Below, piece by piece: positions 49,621-62,673 of a DNA stretch of 64,000 nt. A program made the position numbers and the translations under genes. Origin of the DNA: Camelus dromedarius (Eukaryota); assembly GCF_036321535.1 (NCBI RefSeq), contig NC_087436.1:41418001-41482000 (forward strand), written 5' to 3'. The number at the start of each line of letters is the position of its first letter. Position 1 is the stretch's first letter. Under the pieces are notes generated by a model. It searched no databases. It was not told where the DNA came from and saw only the letters and a list, made by a program, of their open reading frames with translations.

Positions 49621-52414
49621 TATCTTCTTTAATCAATTTTTAAAAAACAATAGGAACCTTATTAAGATTAGCTAGATATTATGAATGGGACCCTAGCCAA
49701 AGGTATGCTTTGTCCTTACTCTAGACATTGCAACAGTATTGGACAATATTTTTCATCCTCTGTGCCTTAAGAATCTTTCTCAAGAAGAAGCTACAATCTT
49801 CTCTTTTCTTCCCCGTAAGTTCTTTAAAAAGTAAAAATAGCACTATGCTTCTTAGAATAATAAGAATATCTAATTTGAGTAAAATAGTTATCATGTTATT
49901 TAATATAGTTTGTAATTATTTTTGTATTGTTGTATTTAGAATTTTCTTTAGAAGAATAATTGCATTGGGTACAAGTTACATAGTGTATTGTTTTATATAA
50001 AATTTAATTCACTGATTAAGATTAAAGCAAAAAAATGAAAGAAATGTTACTATATTTATTACCTGCATGGAATCTTTATGATTGTCATTCTATGTTATTA
50101 TTATTGTTTTGATAAGAACTCACAAAAATGTATTAAGATATTCAATAGACATTACAGTAAGTAGTAGAGACAGAGGCATAACACATCACATGTATTGAGA
50201 ACCCTCTCTGTGTGATACAGAAGCCAATTTCATCTATATTCTTTAAAGAAGAAAAAGGCTTATTTCTCCTTCTATTGGCAACAGTCCTTCTTAGCATGTT
50301 TTAAAAGAATTTTTGATGATGCATCATTGTTAAGCATAATTATTTTGGCCTTATCTAAATCATAGTCATTCATTGAGACATTATTTAACATTCTAGGGGT
50401 TATTATACACCTAAAAAAATATATCTTTCAAAAGAAGATCAGCAAGTTTAGTGTTAAACAATTGAGAAATGTTATTTAATCATTTTTTCATTACTGTGGC
50501 TTAACTTGACTAATATTAGCACAAAAAACTACCAATGCAAGATTGATTAGAACTAAAAATGGAAAACACCCTAATATGATCATAAGCTTTCTGTAATGTT
50601 AAGTCCAGTCACAAATGGAACTTAGTTCTCATGGTAATCACTCTCTTGACAGTGAAGTCATTTGGATTCATCTCTACTTTTGAAGAAACTCAAAGTTATG
50701 ATTGCAACCTTTTATTCCACAACTTGTCCCCCTTTGACAAAGAACCTCTTTCCTCTCAATAATGCTCATCACCACATCACAGTGCTAAATAAACAAAACA
50801 GAAATGGACAAGATGTGAATGTATGAATGATTTATGAAGTATGGAAAATTTGAAACTGCCTGCTCATACCAAGGTAGAATCCTTCCAAATAAAATTTGTA
50901 CACAATAACCTCCATGAATATGTGCATTTATAAGATACACACACACACCCACGTATGCACACACACTCGTGGCGATGTCCATAAAGTAATACACAATTGT
51001 CTGTTGTTTGCATTGATGTTGAAGTTGTCATAACAGCTGTCTATTAAATGAAAAACAGGTATTAATAAACAAGACCTGATGCTTAAGGGGGCATTTTACA
51101 GTATCAGTCCTGTGTGAACTATAGGAACTTTATTTTTAATTGCATGAACTGTCGCTGGGAACTAGAATCAATTTTTAAAGTGACTTTAATTTGAAATCAT
51201 GTACAAAAACCTTGTTATAACAAAACAGTACTATGCAGAGGCAGCAGAGTCATTTTTAAAAATATACTGTAATAAAAAGTGCTCAAAGGAGAAAGTTTGA
51301 AATACAGGGATTTTTAAATCAATGTCATACCGTATAACTAAGCAGCATTTTATCTTAAGCATAAATCTCCAGAAAGGGCAAATAATTTAAAGTGCAGGTC
51401 ACAAAGCTTACAGTATACGAGGCAAAGAAAGACAAATTGTAGGAACATTGTCTATAATATCACGTTATGTGGCATGCTTAAATATTCATATGAATACCCG
51501 TCTCTTCAGCATTCCCTTCTCTGCTTCACTGGAGGTAGAGGTCAATCCTTGTCTTCAGAGAGTTCCACTGAATCCCCTCATAGCTATCTTTGTGTCCCCA
51601 TCTCCAGAGCCACTTTGGTAAATGCAAGATGATAAAATTGATAACCCAGATCTCTACATGCCTCTCGAAACCAATAATCTTCCCTTAAAACCTTCATATA
51701 GAACTACTTGCCTATTTAAAGTCACACTATCTTACTGGTGGAAATCACTTTAATAAACAGAAAAGAAATATTCAAAGAAGAGTTGCTTTAATATATGTTC
51801 TGCTAAAATAATTTTAAGTAAAACTTACTTAAAACTTTGCTGTCCTCTCCTGATAATTAGGCCCCCACAGTCCTAAGTTTGCCTATGTTATTCTGGATGC
51901 TTAATGTATAACACCCAACTACTCTCTAAGGTCTACCCTCCTGAGGCAGTGCTCTCCAAATACGATTATTGACATCTCTTTTATCAAACTTTCCATCTCA
52001 TGGTCAATGCTAGTCATAAAGGGAAAAAAAACCTCATGTCACTATATATTGGCATTTGTTTGCATAAGTATGTCATTTAAGCCAAATATTTGTGGTTCAA
52101 TTTCAGACACTTAGGAGAGGCAGCGCCTGACATTATTTTGAGTTTTAAGAGCTTTCACAGCGTATTGTGGAAATCTACTCCAGTTATACAAAAGGTCAAT
52201 CCTTTGTGAAACACAGATATGTTTGCTGGAGTGCCTTGGAGTATTAGCTGATGTGTAGAGAAGGAAATACTTCACAGAAAACAGTGAATGGTATGCTATT
52301 TATATTTTGGTTATAAAATTATTTAATGTGTGATCATGAAGCTTGATTATATGTGCCCTTATCTATTCCTAAAATTAAGAATTATATTTAAAATATATAT
52401 ATTAGAATGAATAT

Positions 52415-52815
52415 TGTTAGCAAGTCCAAGTTTGCACTGCTTACCTCAGGACAAGCCAATAAATCGAGACACAAGGTGTGTGTACAAGAAATAGCGATTT
52501 TATTCAGAAAGGTGGAAGACTGAGAACATGGTAGACTAGGGTCCCAAAGAACCATCTTACCTGAGTGAGAATTCAGGCTTCTTTTATATTAAAAAGGGAG
52601 GGAGTGTGGCTGGTTGTTGCAACTTGTGGAAAAGCATTATACCTTTAAAGGGAGGCAGAGCCTAGATAATGGGCTATCATGTATATTTCATGCTATAGGC
52701 AACATTGTTTTACAAAGGTGCAGAGCCAACATGGCTAAGCACAGTCAACAGAGCACAGGGTTACAGCTAAAGGAACAGATCCAATATGGAGACAGGTTTG
52801 TTCTTCTTTGTTACA
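52415..52815 (-). mobile_element. ERV1-class solo LTR (401 bp)
   Basis: TGTTAG...TTGTTACA termini; minus-strand AATAAA (about 52500) and TATAAAA (about 52585); flanks ATAT/GTGT fit a decayed 4-bp TSD. Confidence 0.75.
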
Positions 52816-53169
52816 GTGTTACTGTTGAAATCAGTAAGATATGATGTTTTAACAGTTTACGTAGGAAGAGTAAAATATGACTGAAAATACTCTATCCTGA
52901 GTTACTGGTAGAATTCTCAAAGATACAGAAGGAGGAAGAGTTATTCTGGGAAGAAATATTTTAAAAGAGTGAATTATAAATGATTTGATGCACACAGATT
53001 TGGAAGATTTACACATTGGAGCATTCAAACAACGAAATTCTCCAGCTCACTAAGATAAACCCCTCCATTATAATTCTCACATCCAAGGTTTGCGTTTAAG
53101 GGTCCCTCTGGCACTCTTCTTTTAAAATCATAATGGCTGATTATTTAGGTCATCTTCAGTTATATCTGA

Positions 53170-53535
53170 GGACATACGGGCTAAAAGAAGAAGTGTCTGA
53201 CTCTTCAAATTCCTCGGTCATTCAGTTTTAGGGCTAGTCTTCTAAAGCTTTAATCCAGCAAATCAAAAACTCAGCCAGTTATTTTGACTTCCCTTTATGT
53301 CCAACCACACTGGTCTTTCTGCTTACTGTGCACACCAGACACTGCTACTGAAAGCCTTTTCTACTCCCTCTAGCTAGAATGATCTTCTCTACCTTATCCT
53401 ATTCCTGTATCTTTATGATTCTACTCCATTAAATCCTCTACTCTTGATTTGAATGTCTTCCTCATGCATTTCCATGCTTAGAATAGTGCCTAAGAAATAA
53501 TGGAAATCCATGAAAGTACTTATTGAATGAATGAA
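53170..53535 (+). mobile_element. L2 3' end
   Basis: CCAACCACACTGGTCTTTCTGC...GCTTAGAATAGTGCCTAAG...TATTGAATGAATGAA. Confidence 0.7.
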
Positions 53536-55159
53536 AAAGAGAATTACTAGTAATAGAGAGATAGGAGTAAAATAATTACCCATGTAACTATCCAAATAAC
53601 AAGATTACCATGTATTACATCCTAATTTATATTGATTTTACCACATTTGGCACAATGCATATCTACTAATATCTTCCTCCCTCTTAGCCTTTTTGCAGTA
53701 AAATGTCCACAGAGCAAATGTTCCTGCCAGTGCAAAGTTTTTGCCATTATTGGCAATGCCTGTCCTGTTACAACCTGAGCTTTTGTATATGTGTTTTAAT
53801 TTTCCCCAGATTTAACTGAACTGTGAGTACCAATGAGATTATAATAATACTGAAAAAAAGAAAAAAAGATTACAAAGCAACTATTACACTTTACTCACTA
53901 TGCAAATAGAAATTAAAAATAGTCTTATCCAAAATCTCATGATGGCAGTATAGATAGATAAAGATTTTTTTAAGGGAGGAATATGGTCATTATGTCTTTT
54001 AAAAAATCAGTCTGATAGTAGAGCTTGAATTTTTGTGAAGTCCAGAAAATAGAAAATCCTAGAGAAGTTATGAATTAAAACAAGATTAATGGAATGAATG
54101 AAAAAAAAAACATAGGTATTTAAGAAATATGACTAATGGAAAGTGAAAAGAAGAGAAGAGAATAGTATTATTGAACTTTAATAATGACAGGAGAAATAGC
54201 TATAAAATATAGATAGAAGGAAAATGGTGATTAGGTTGTTTAGTTATATTTGTATTATGTTAATTTTTTTGTATTAATAATGCTCTAAACTGAAAATGTA
54301 GGTCAGACACCCAATAGTGAGGTCTGGGCTGAAGCTGTAGATTCGAAAACATCAGTGTTGAAGCGGGAAATGTAAGTGTGGAGGGCCACGAAAATTTTTG
54401 CAGTAATTGAAAAGTGAATAGGAAAGAGGAAAGTAGAGACCTTAAACATGTACTGATTTTTAAGATGTTTGATGAGACTGAGAGACAAAGGAAGATAAAT
54501 GAAAGTAGAAATTACATTTAATGGAAGAGGGTATGGTGAATGAACTTGTATTGATTTTCAGATATTATATTTTATGCCTCAGATGTTTTATACATTTTAT
54601 TTTAAGTGAAAATATATGTATTTTATTACTAACTGCCTAATTTATCAATTACTCATTTTAAATTTTTATGCTTTTATGCTGTTACCTCAGTGCATAAAGA
54701 TTTATGATCACATTGTCTTTCTTATTTCTTGCCAATTCCCAAATTAATAAGACTCTTTTTATTATTTGAAAATGTTTATTAAGATCATACTATGTCAGAT
54801 ATTAGCATTAAACTTTCAGTTTCTTCTTTATTTCACTTACATTATTTCCTCATTTCATCAGCACCTTGTGTACACATGTTAACTGTTTCATCTCTGCTTT
54901 AGACTTCTGCTTTGTAGCCATTATTCATCCATCATGTTAAGTTCATGAGAAGACTTAGCTAAAATTGCTTTTCTTATTTTATTGGATGTTAATCAAACTC
55001 ACTCCAACAAGGCACCCCATATGGATTCCAGTTAGCTTTGTACAGAGGGGAAATTATTACTGTAGATTGTACCGTAATTACAATAATCCCTTTCACAAAT
55101 TTATGTTGTTGGTTACTGCAAGGGAAAGGTTAGGTATGAAAATATAATTGACATACATA

Positions 55160-55188
55160 TGTGTGTGTGTGTGTGTGTGTATATATAT
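55160..55188. repeat. (TG)n(TA)n microsatellite
   Basis: Directly visible. Confidence 0.9.
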
Positions 55189-56753
55189 AGTAACAAATTC
55201 ACCACCTACTTGCAGAAACTGTTAAACTTAATAAAAAATATATTTTGAAGTCTAATCAATAGCACTCTTCGTATAAGAATCATATTATAGTTTTACTTTA
55301 GAAGGAGTGATGCAGTCTGTCTCATTTTGGATGTTTTGCAGATAGGATGTAAAATATATCACCTTTTTCTAATGATTAGGGTTGAATCATCTGAAAAGCA
55401 TTAAAACAGCAAATCAGTAAAACTGGAAGAAATGGCTACCTTATACTGTAATAATAATATTCTTATTTTATTATGCTATTAGTTATATTCTTGTTGATGT
55501 AACCTTGGAAAACTTACTTCACACCAGTCTGAAAACACTGGATTGAAATTATTATGCATATAGAATATCCCTTTTGATAATATGGAGTTTCCATATTTCA
55601 TATATTCTACTTGGCTGTAATATTTTGCCTTCCTATTTTTCTATCTTAGCTTACCATAAGGGTTTCTTTATGATTTATTGATTAAAATAGTATTATCTTG
55701 AAGTTACCTTTTTACCTGATTTTAAATTATGACTCAGTCATTAACAATTATCTAAATTTAACCCCATGATTGTTATTTATTATTTCTATAAATATTTGTA
55801 AAATTTCAGCAGTTTTTTATGTACATTTTATAGCTAGAGATCCTGTATCATTTTAGCTGACCACATTTGGCCAGCTTTATACAAATGCAGTATTATGTGG
55901 TGATGACCATATATTCACAAATAGAATAGCAGGTCTGCCAAGTCATGAAAAACAATTGTATAAGAATGTTTTTTGTACAGAATGACAATATATTAACTTA
56001 GGTCATAAGTTCAAGCACCTATTGTAAATTAAATGCCAGTACTAATTGTTCAATTTATGTAGTTATTCCTGATGTAATCAATGAATAGATGACTAAATCA
56101 AACTGTACTCATAAGAAATTAGCAAAGTATGATTAAGCATTTAGCTGCCCCAAATATAAAAATTATTGTGGAGCTATTAATTCAGTGACTAAACATGTTT
56201 AATATTTGTTCAAGAAAAGTAAAATGCCCCAATAAAATTTTATTTTCTATAATGATTTATTTTTAAAAAATGTTTAATATCCAATTAATTTCAAAATCAT
56301 TTTGGTGACTGATTTGCTGCTCCCTAGTGCATGTTCTTAGTCTTTCATCTGGATATTCCAATACAAATTAAGCAATATTAATACACCACTTTGTTATGTT
56401 TTGGGAGTTGGGATACAGCAATAAATTGAATTAATTGATTTTGAAGCCTGAAGTTTAGCTAAACATCATTTTCAAATGAGGAAAACTTAGATTAAGTCAT
56501 GTGAAATGACTGGCCTGACTAGGGAATTAGTTGAATAGGATAAAAATTGTCTCTTCAAAGGCTCAGAAGTTTATACCAGATATAGTTCTTAACCTGGAAT
56601 GCAAAATTTTTATAGGAACTCACAATATTGTACAAAAATATTTAAAGGATATATAGAGGATTGAAACTTACCCAGTGGATCTAAAGATGTCAACATGCAG
56701 AATTTTACAGTATCTTTCGAGTAGAATAATTCCCATTTCATCTTCAAAACAGA

Positions 56754-57101
56754 TGTTAGGATGGGTGATTTATCTCAGGACATGGGCTCCAGGAAGACTG
56801 GCTAGGACTTCGGGTTGTATGAGTACAAAAGCTGCAGGGAAAGACCTATTGCTTCTGCTGAAAGGACTGAAACCTGAAGCATGACTACTCCCTAACTGGT
56901 GGGCAGGGCGCTGAGGCTGTCTCTGCCACCCTACCAAGCGGGGGCAACGATGGGGTGTCTTCTAGGGTCCTTACTGTTAATAGGGGTTAATGGATTTGAG
57001 ATGGATGACAGTAGAGGATTTTAAAACTCAGAAGACCTAAATCTGATGTGCTTTATTGGGCTAAATAGTGAGCTTACTCACTGATTGTGTTCTCTCTTAA
57101 C
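56754..57101. mobile_element. Possible old solo LTR
   Basis: GC-richer block with TGTTAG...CTTAACA ends; no TSD recognised. Confidence 0.3.
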
Positions 57102-57189
57102 ACCCTCTAGGGAGTGGCAGATATGAGTTAAATTAATTCATTCCTCAGGATCAGTGATGATCATACACTAACATACACGGGACGAATCC

Positions 57190-57350
57190 CAGCATAGCCT
57201 ATTATAAAAACAAGTTTCAAGCCTCCACCCGGGAAGTTATAACTGAGATGTTTTGTGTGGAGCCCAAGGATTTGTATTTAAAATATTCACACACACATCC
57301 CATGTGTGAGTCTGATATAAGTGATCTGTGGACCTATATTTGAGGAACAA
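57190..57350. mobile_element. MER5-like MITE
   Basis: GTGGAGCCCAAGGATTTGTATTTAA...GTGATCTGTGGACCTATATTTGAGGAACA. Confidence 0.55.
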
Positions 57351-58279
57351 TTCTGCAAATATTAAAAAAAAATGTGGTTGTTGTCCTGCTAATATGTGTC
57401 TTGGTTTGGAATTGAGTCACAGTCTGCTGACATTTAAATTTTAAAATCCACAAAGTTCCTGGAGGAAATAATTTGTTGTTTCACAGATTTATTTTCATCT
57501 GGTGGAATAGCTACAAGGAGGATATTTGTAAGCCACATAGGGAAAAAATTCACTTCTAAGTTAGATTGCCATAGAGCCACCACTGCTTAAGGATGTCGGA
57601 GAAATTATAAAATATGTAGTTCAATATAGAAAACTTTGTGGAGAGATATCATACTTTATAAAAGTATATAAGCTTTCAGAAGCTATTTGAATGTTCATTA
57701 CATTACTGTACATTACATTAGCTCATCTTTAACAGTTTGCATATGTTCATTTATTTCTGTGGAAATATCAATCATTTTGACTTAAATGGTCAAAATTTTG
57801 GATTGAATGTCAGCATGTAGACTATATATTTACCTGTAAAGATAAAAAGTTATATTTTGGATATCCCAAAAGATCATGAAAAGTAGACCTTTTTTGAAAG
57901 GAAACTCCAGGTGAAAAAAGAACTATGATTTTTCCAAGAGTAAGAAGCAATGAAAGATACTTTTATCAATTGTGACCAAATCAGAATGCCTCAACAGAAG
58001 AGAAGAGGAAATGAATGAAGACTTAAAGCCCTGGTAGATTATATTGTTAGATAAAGTCACAAGGGAAAAAGAAATAAATATTATTTTCATGAAAACCAAG
58101 ATATATATTAGATGAAAGGGGCAGTTAAAGTATAAATACATGGTATGAGTACAGGCAGGTTGAGAATTGAGAATGGGGTATTAGAACAGGCTTGTGAGCT
58201 TGAAGAGAGCAGTTTTTATGAACTCAAAGTGTGAAACTCAGAATATAGGAGTATGGAAAGGGATGAGTTGGTAACTGGT

Positions 58280-58690
58280 AGGTAGAAACTACTCTTTAAA
58301 AAGAAGTTTGTAATTTTGAGAATAGCATTTGGGACATTTATTACTTCAAATAAACAACAAAGGGAGAATGCTTGGAACATTAGATCCAGAAATGTCCCCA
58401 AACTGAACAGAAAAAAAAGACTTTTCTTTTATAGAGAAGTGTAAGCAGAGATAGCAGGCACTTTGTGGTGGAGTGGGGCAAGCAGGTGGAGGTGAGCCGA
58501 TGGCATGATAGGGCTATTTAACAGGAATATATTCCCTTCTGCAGTCAGTCATTTCTTAGAATGAGCCTTCAAAGGAGGATGTTTTGCTTCTTTGTGCTTG
58601 CTTAAGCTGAGGAGTGAGCCTGTAAGGGGAGACTTGCTACAGTGTAATCAAGTCAAGTCAGTGGGTCCATAATGGGTAAATGTGAACACT
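58280..58690 (-). mobile_element. Probable ERV1 (MER4-group-like) LTR fragment
   Basis: Minus-strand AATAAA (about 58340) and TATAAAA (about 58430) in LTR-like spacing; family not recognised. Confidence 0.4.
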
Positions 58691-58712
58691 TGGTCATTAC
58701 ATACCCACTGTG

Positions 58713-58773
<61 letters not shown>

Positions 58774-58822
58774 TGATTGATAGATACGTACGTATGTACA
58801 TACATACACAGACAGACAGACA
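58713..58822. repeat. Compound tetranucleotide STR (TAGA)15(TTGA)2 TAGA (TACG)2 TATG (TACA)3(CAGA)3
   Basis: Read directly. Confidence 0.95.
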
Positions 58823-59376
58823 AAAAAATAGAACACAGATTGAGCTAACAGCATCCAGATGGCAGTAAACTTAGGTCGGTTTGATTGCAGGTAACTGAAA
58901 AAATGAATTTTTATGATTCTGCCTAAGACTCTTACCCTTTCTGTGCCTCAGGTGCCTCAGTGGTATAAGGCATAAAGTTAGATGCTCTCCAGGCCTACCT
59001 AGATCCAATACTCTGATTCTCTGAATTAATTCTGTGACCAAATTATGAAGAACATCATAGAATTAAGACAGCTACATTCAGGAACGTGAATGTGGAAGCC
59101 TTGGAAAGGAGACAGAGGCGGGCTCTTCATGGTGTTGGTTGTTGTCAGCATCATTGCTGCAGGTGCAGTCACTTTGCTCTGAAATAAGATGTTTTTCTCT
59201 TTTTTTGCTCTCCAGAATAGAAATCAAAGTTTTAGCATTTTTTCCTCAAAGGTGGAGGGAAAAATGCCAGAAGAAGATAAAATGAAAACCAAACCAAATA
59301 GCTTAACCTGTTAACATGCTAGAATAAAATGAATAGAACTGTAGAAATCTAAGTTATTTTTTTACCCATTCTGCAG

Positions 59377-59508
59377 AGAAATAATTTTTGCCACAGCTGT
59401 CACTGGCAAATACCGTATATGCTAAATGTTGTATTTCACTTTTCCTGTGAGAAATTATGTAAAAAAGAACCATGATTATCTTAGTAATTGAAATCTGATT
59501 ACATGAAG
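59377..59508 (+). other. Candidate 132-nt non-coding exon
   Basis: TTTTTTTACCCATTCTGCAG acceptor; AAG|GTAAGT donor; stops in all three frames. Confidence 0.25.
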
Positions 59509-60665
59509 GTAAGTAAGTAAACATTTATTCTATCATATTTAAGAAGGAATTAGTGAATAAAATGAATAAAATTGTTTTGGAGCTGTTATGAGAATGTATG
59601 TCTTATTAATTTTGCCAAATATCCTTTTTCATACTGCATAATCTGACTTCTTCCAAGTGCATTGGTATTCTAATTAGCTGTGTTGGATGGTTAGGACAAC
59701 TCTGTGAAGAGTGCTACAGGGCAAGGTTCAGGGCAGACTCATGCCAAGAATAATGGTCTTTTAACATTTTCTTGAAGAATCAAATGTATGCAAGTAGCAT
59801 ATACAAGAAAATTTCCAAACATTATTTTGAAGCTTTTATGATTTTTGTTTCTCTCGTTTGATGAAGTAAACAGCAAAGACATGCAAAGACATGCATTTTG
59901 CTTTCTGTCTTACTGGTGATACATGATGAAGCACATGCTAGTCCCCCTCCAGCCCTTTGGCCATTATTTCCAGGGTATTTGATCACCATCCAGCTTTGCA
60001 TATAGCTTACTGCTTGCTTCTCAGAAAGCTCAGAATGACTTTCATCACAGTGGGTGCAAGGAGGTTGCTTATAATCTGTTTAGCAAGAAAAGCTGTGCGG
60101 ATGCCTCATTCCCTCTACTCTTAGGGTCAGGTGTTATCCTGAGTGGTGATCTGTCTTGGTTATGAGGGCCTGAGGGGGAGAACAGCAGTGACAGTCTGTT
60201 CTATTTTGTGCTCCGAGTGCAAGCAGCAGGGTGCTCTGCATATGGTACTTTTAAAGATTTAATGATTAGAATTTAGGTTCAGTCTGAGGGAAAGATTGAT
60301 TGATTTTAGCATATTGGTGAACCCTCGCCTCAGGCTAGGGATAAAAACCTTACTTCCCAAGTCTGACGTTATTACTTTTCATTTGTTTTTATTGATTAGC
60401 TGTCAGTGATAAGATCTTGCCTCTCAAAACGAGACAGGTGCTGGAGGCCATTTTTCCTTTTTTAGAAGTGTTTGTAGAGACAGCTTACAGAAAATAGAAA
60501 GAAAGAAGGCGAAAATGAAAACAAATACTCATGTCATTTTGGTAATTGTAGTTAGACATAAAATATTGAGATATTAGAGTTTTACTGACTCAGAAAGGTA
60601 AATTTAAGGATAAAATAATGAAACATACTTTTCACAGGTAACCCAAACACTTTTATCTTATTTAA

Positions 60666-60760
60666 ATATATATGTGTGTGTATATATATGTGTGTATATA
60701 CATGTGTGTATATGAACATACACACATATATATATGTGAGAGAAAGAGAGAGAAGAGAAA
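60666..60760. repeat. Mixed (TA)/(TG)/(CA)/(GA) dinucleotide tract
   Basis: Directly visible. Confidence 0.85.
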
Positions 60761-61673
60761 TATATTATTAAATGTATAACCTTGGAAAACCCTTCCTATT
60801 ATCTCTACTCCATAGCTTGACTTCCCTAAAGAAGGAGCAGGGAATATTTGAAACTTTTGTTAGCAGATCATTTTTAACCAACTTCTCTACTAATAATCAT
60901 GAGAAAAGTCAAATAATAGCAATGTCCAGAAAAGGAAAACAGGAATTATTTTTTATATTAATTACCATACAAGTAAAAATAAATACATAAATCAAGAAAA
61001 GCATATATATATATATAACTGAAAATAATCATACAGTATAAGAAATGGGAAAGGTAAAGGATTTTTATTATATTAATGTATTGTTGAAAAAGCACATGAA
61101 TACAAAATGAAAAACACTTCCAAAAAGTGCACTCTACAAGATTCAAAGAATGCTCTGCACAAACAGTGATGTCATTGAAGTAATGGAAGTTCTGTTTCTT
61201 TGTATTTACAGTCACTGTTATTGTTGCTTCTGTTCAGATATCAAAATGGAATATGGAGCACCACAGGGCTTGGAGATTTGACTTGTACCCTAAGCAAGCT
61301 CAAATGATTCTGCACTCAAATATTATGCACTAACTCTCCTCGGGAACTCATGTGGCAGAGCTGTGTTATCTTTAGGGCTCACTATATTGTTGGGAGTTCT
61401 CCAAATATCTGCATGGAATTCAATTTTTACCAAAGTATAAGTAACATACATGCACTAATTAGAAGCTCAGTTATGTATGTTCAATCAGTAATACCTACAG
61501 CTGTTTTCTTGACCAACAAATTGTTTTTTTCAGGAAGAACATTTAATCAGTGATATTAATAAGATCACCAATACAAAAATGAGTTTTTAAAAAATAAAAC
61601 AGGTTAACATTGAGTTGATTTTATCATTACTTACACATTTTTCATAGACAATGCATCCTCTTCTTTTCCACAG

Positions 61674-61730
61674 CCTGGACAAACCACTCTAACTGCTCCA
61701 CTGCTGGTCTGCCACTGGAGAGAATGATTA
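61674..61730 (+). other. Candidate 57-nt exon
   Basis: TCCTCTTCTTTTCCACAG acceptor; TTA|GTAAGT donor; GC-richer than flanks; length is a multiple of 3. Confidence 0.4.
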
Positions 61731-62020
61731 GTAAGTACTTCAAATAAAGCATGACATCATATTTGAGTTTCAAAACATTTAAATGATGTTGATATTAAAT
61801 TAATTAGAACTATCTAAGTTGTGTTTGGCAGAAATTCAATTCAACTTGCTATAAGAAGGAATTTATTATTAATGTACTGCTGTAACTACAGAATTGAAAT
61901 GAAACTTTTAACAAGAGAGTTCCAGGTAACTCAGGCTCTAGAACAAGGAATTGAGTTATTTCTGCTACATTTCTTTCTCTTTCACTTTTATATGGTGTGG
62001 GAGAACCCGTAGGATCTTAC

Positions 62021-62673
62021 TGTTACTAAATCAAACTTGGGTCCACTCGCTCTTGTACAGTAAATCTAATCTACTGACACTGGGTTGTGGTGAAGAAACG
62101 TGCAACATTTACTGCAGGCACCAAGCAAGGAGTCTGGGCAACTAATGCTCAAAAGACCGAACTCGCTGATGGGTTTCAGGGAAAAGTTTTTAGAGACAAG
62201 ATAAAGGAAGGGAGTCCTAGGGTATGTGATCAGCTAGTGCACAATTCTCTGATTGGTTGATGGTGAGAAAAAGGGTGATGTTACAGGGGTTAATTATCAA
62301 TCTTCAGGTTCCAGCCAGTCTGGAGACTATGTGTTCTTGGCCATCATGAAGTTAACAACTTCTGTCTGGTGGGAGTTTTAGTATCTAAAGCAACTCAGGA
62401 GTATGCATCAGACATTTATCAATGTTCTTCAGGGAAGAAGTAAAGATTGTGAGACTGCTTTATGGCTGATGTACTGTTTAAATCGTTGCTGGTTCTCCTA
62501 GCCCAATTGTTGTTTTTTGTTACTATATCTTCACATTCTTTCAGTCATTAATTCTTGAGTCAGCCTTTTGTGACTCCGGGGAGATTACCGCTTTTTTACA
62601 AACAAGAGGCAGGCAAAAGACATGAAGTGGGGTTCTGTCTCGGGAAGGCATTATAGGGTCTTGCTTGATTACA
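62021..62673 (-). mobile_element. ERV1-class solo LTR (653 bp), copy B, same family as 22773-23437
   Basis: TGTTACTAAATCAAACTTGG...TTGATTACA; shared blocks (ACTGACACTGGGTTGTGGTGAAG, ACAATTCTCTGATT.GTTGATGGT, AAACAAGAGGCAGG); TSD TTAC/TTAT. Confidence 0.9.

Noticed and set aside
56895..56950. CTCF-like GC motifs
   Set aside because: Several mismatches in the core consensus; not supportable without data.
22773..62673. One giant provirus bounded by the two similar LTRs
   Set aside because: Each LTR has its own TSD, no gag/pol/env is visible between them, and 39 kb is far too long.
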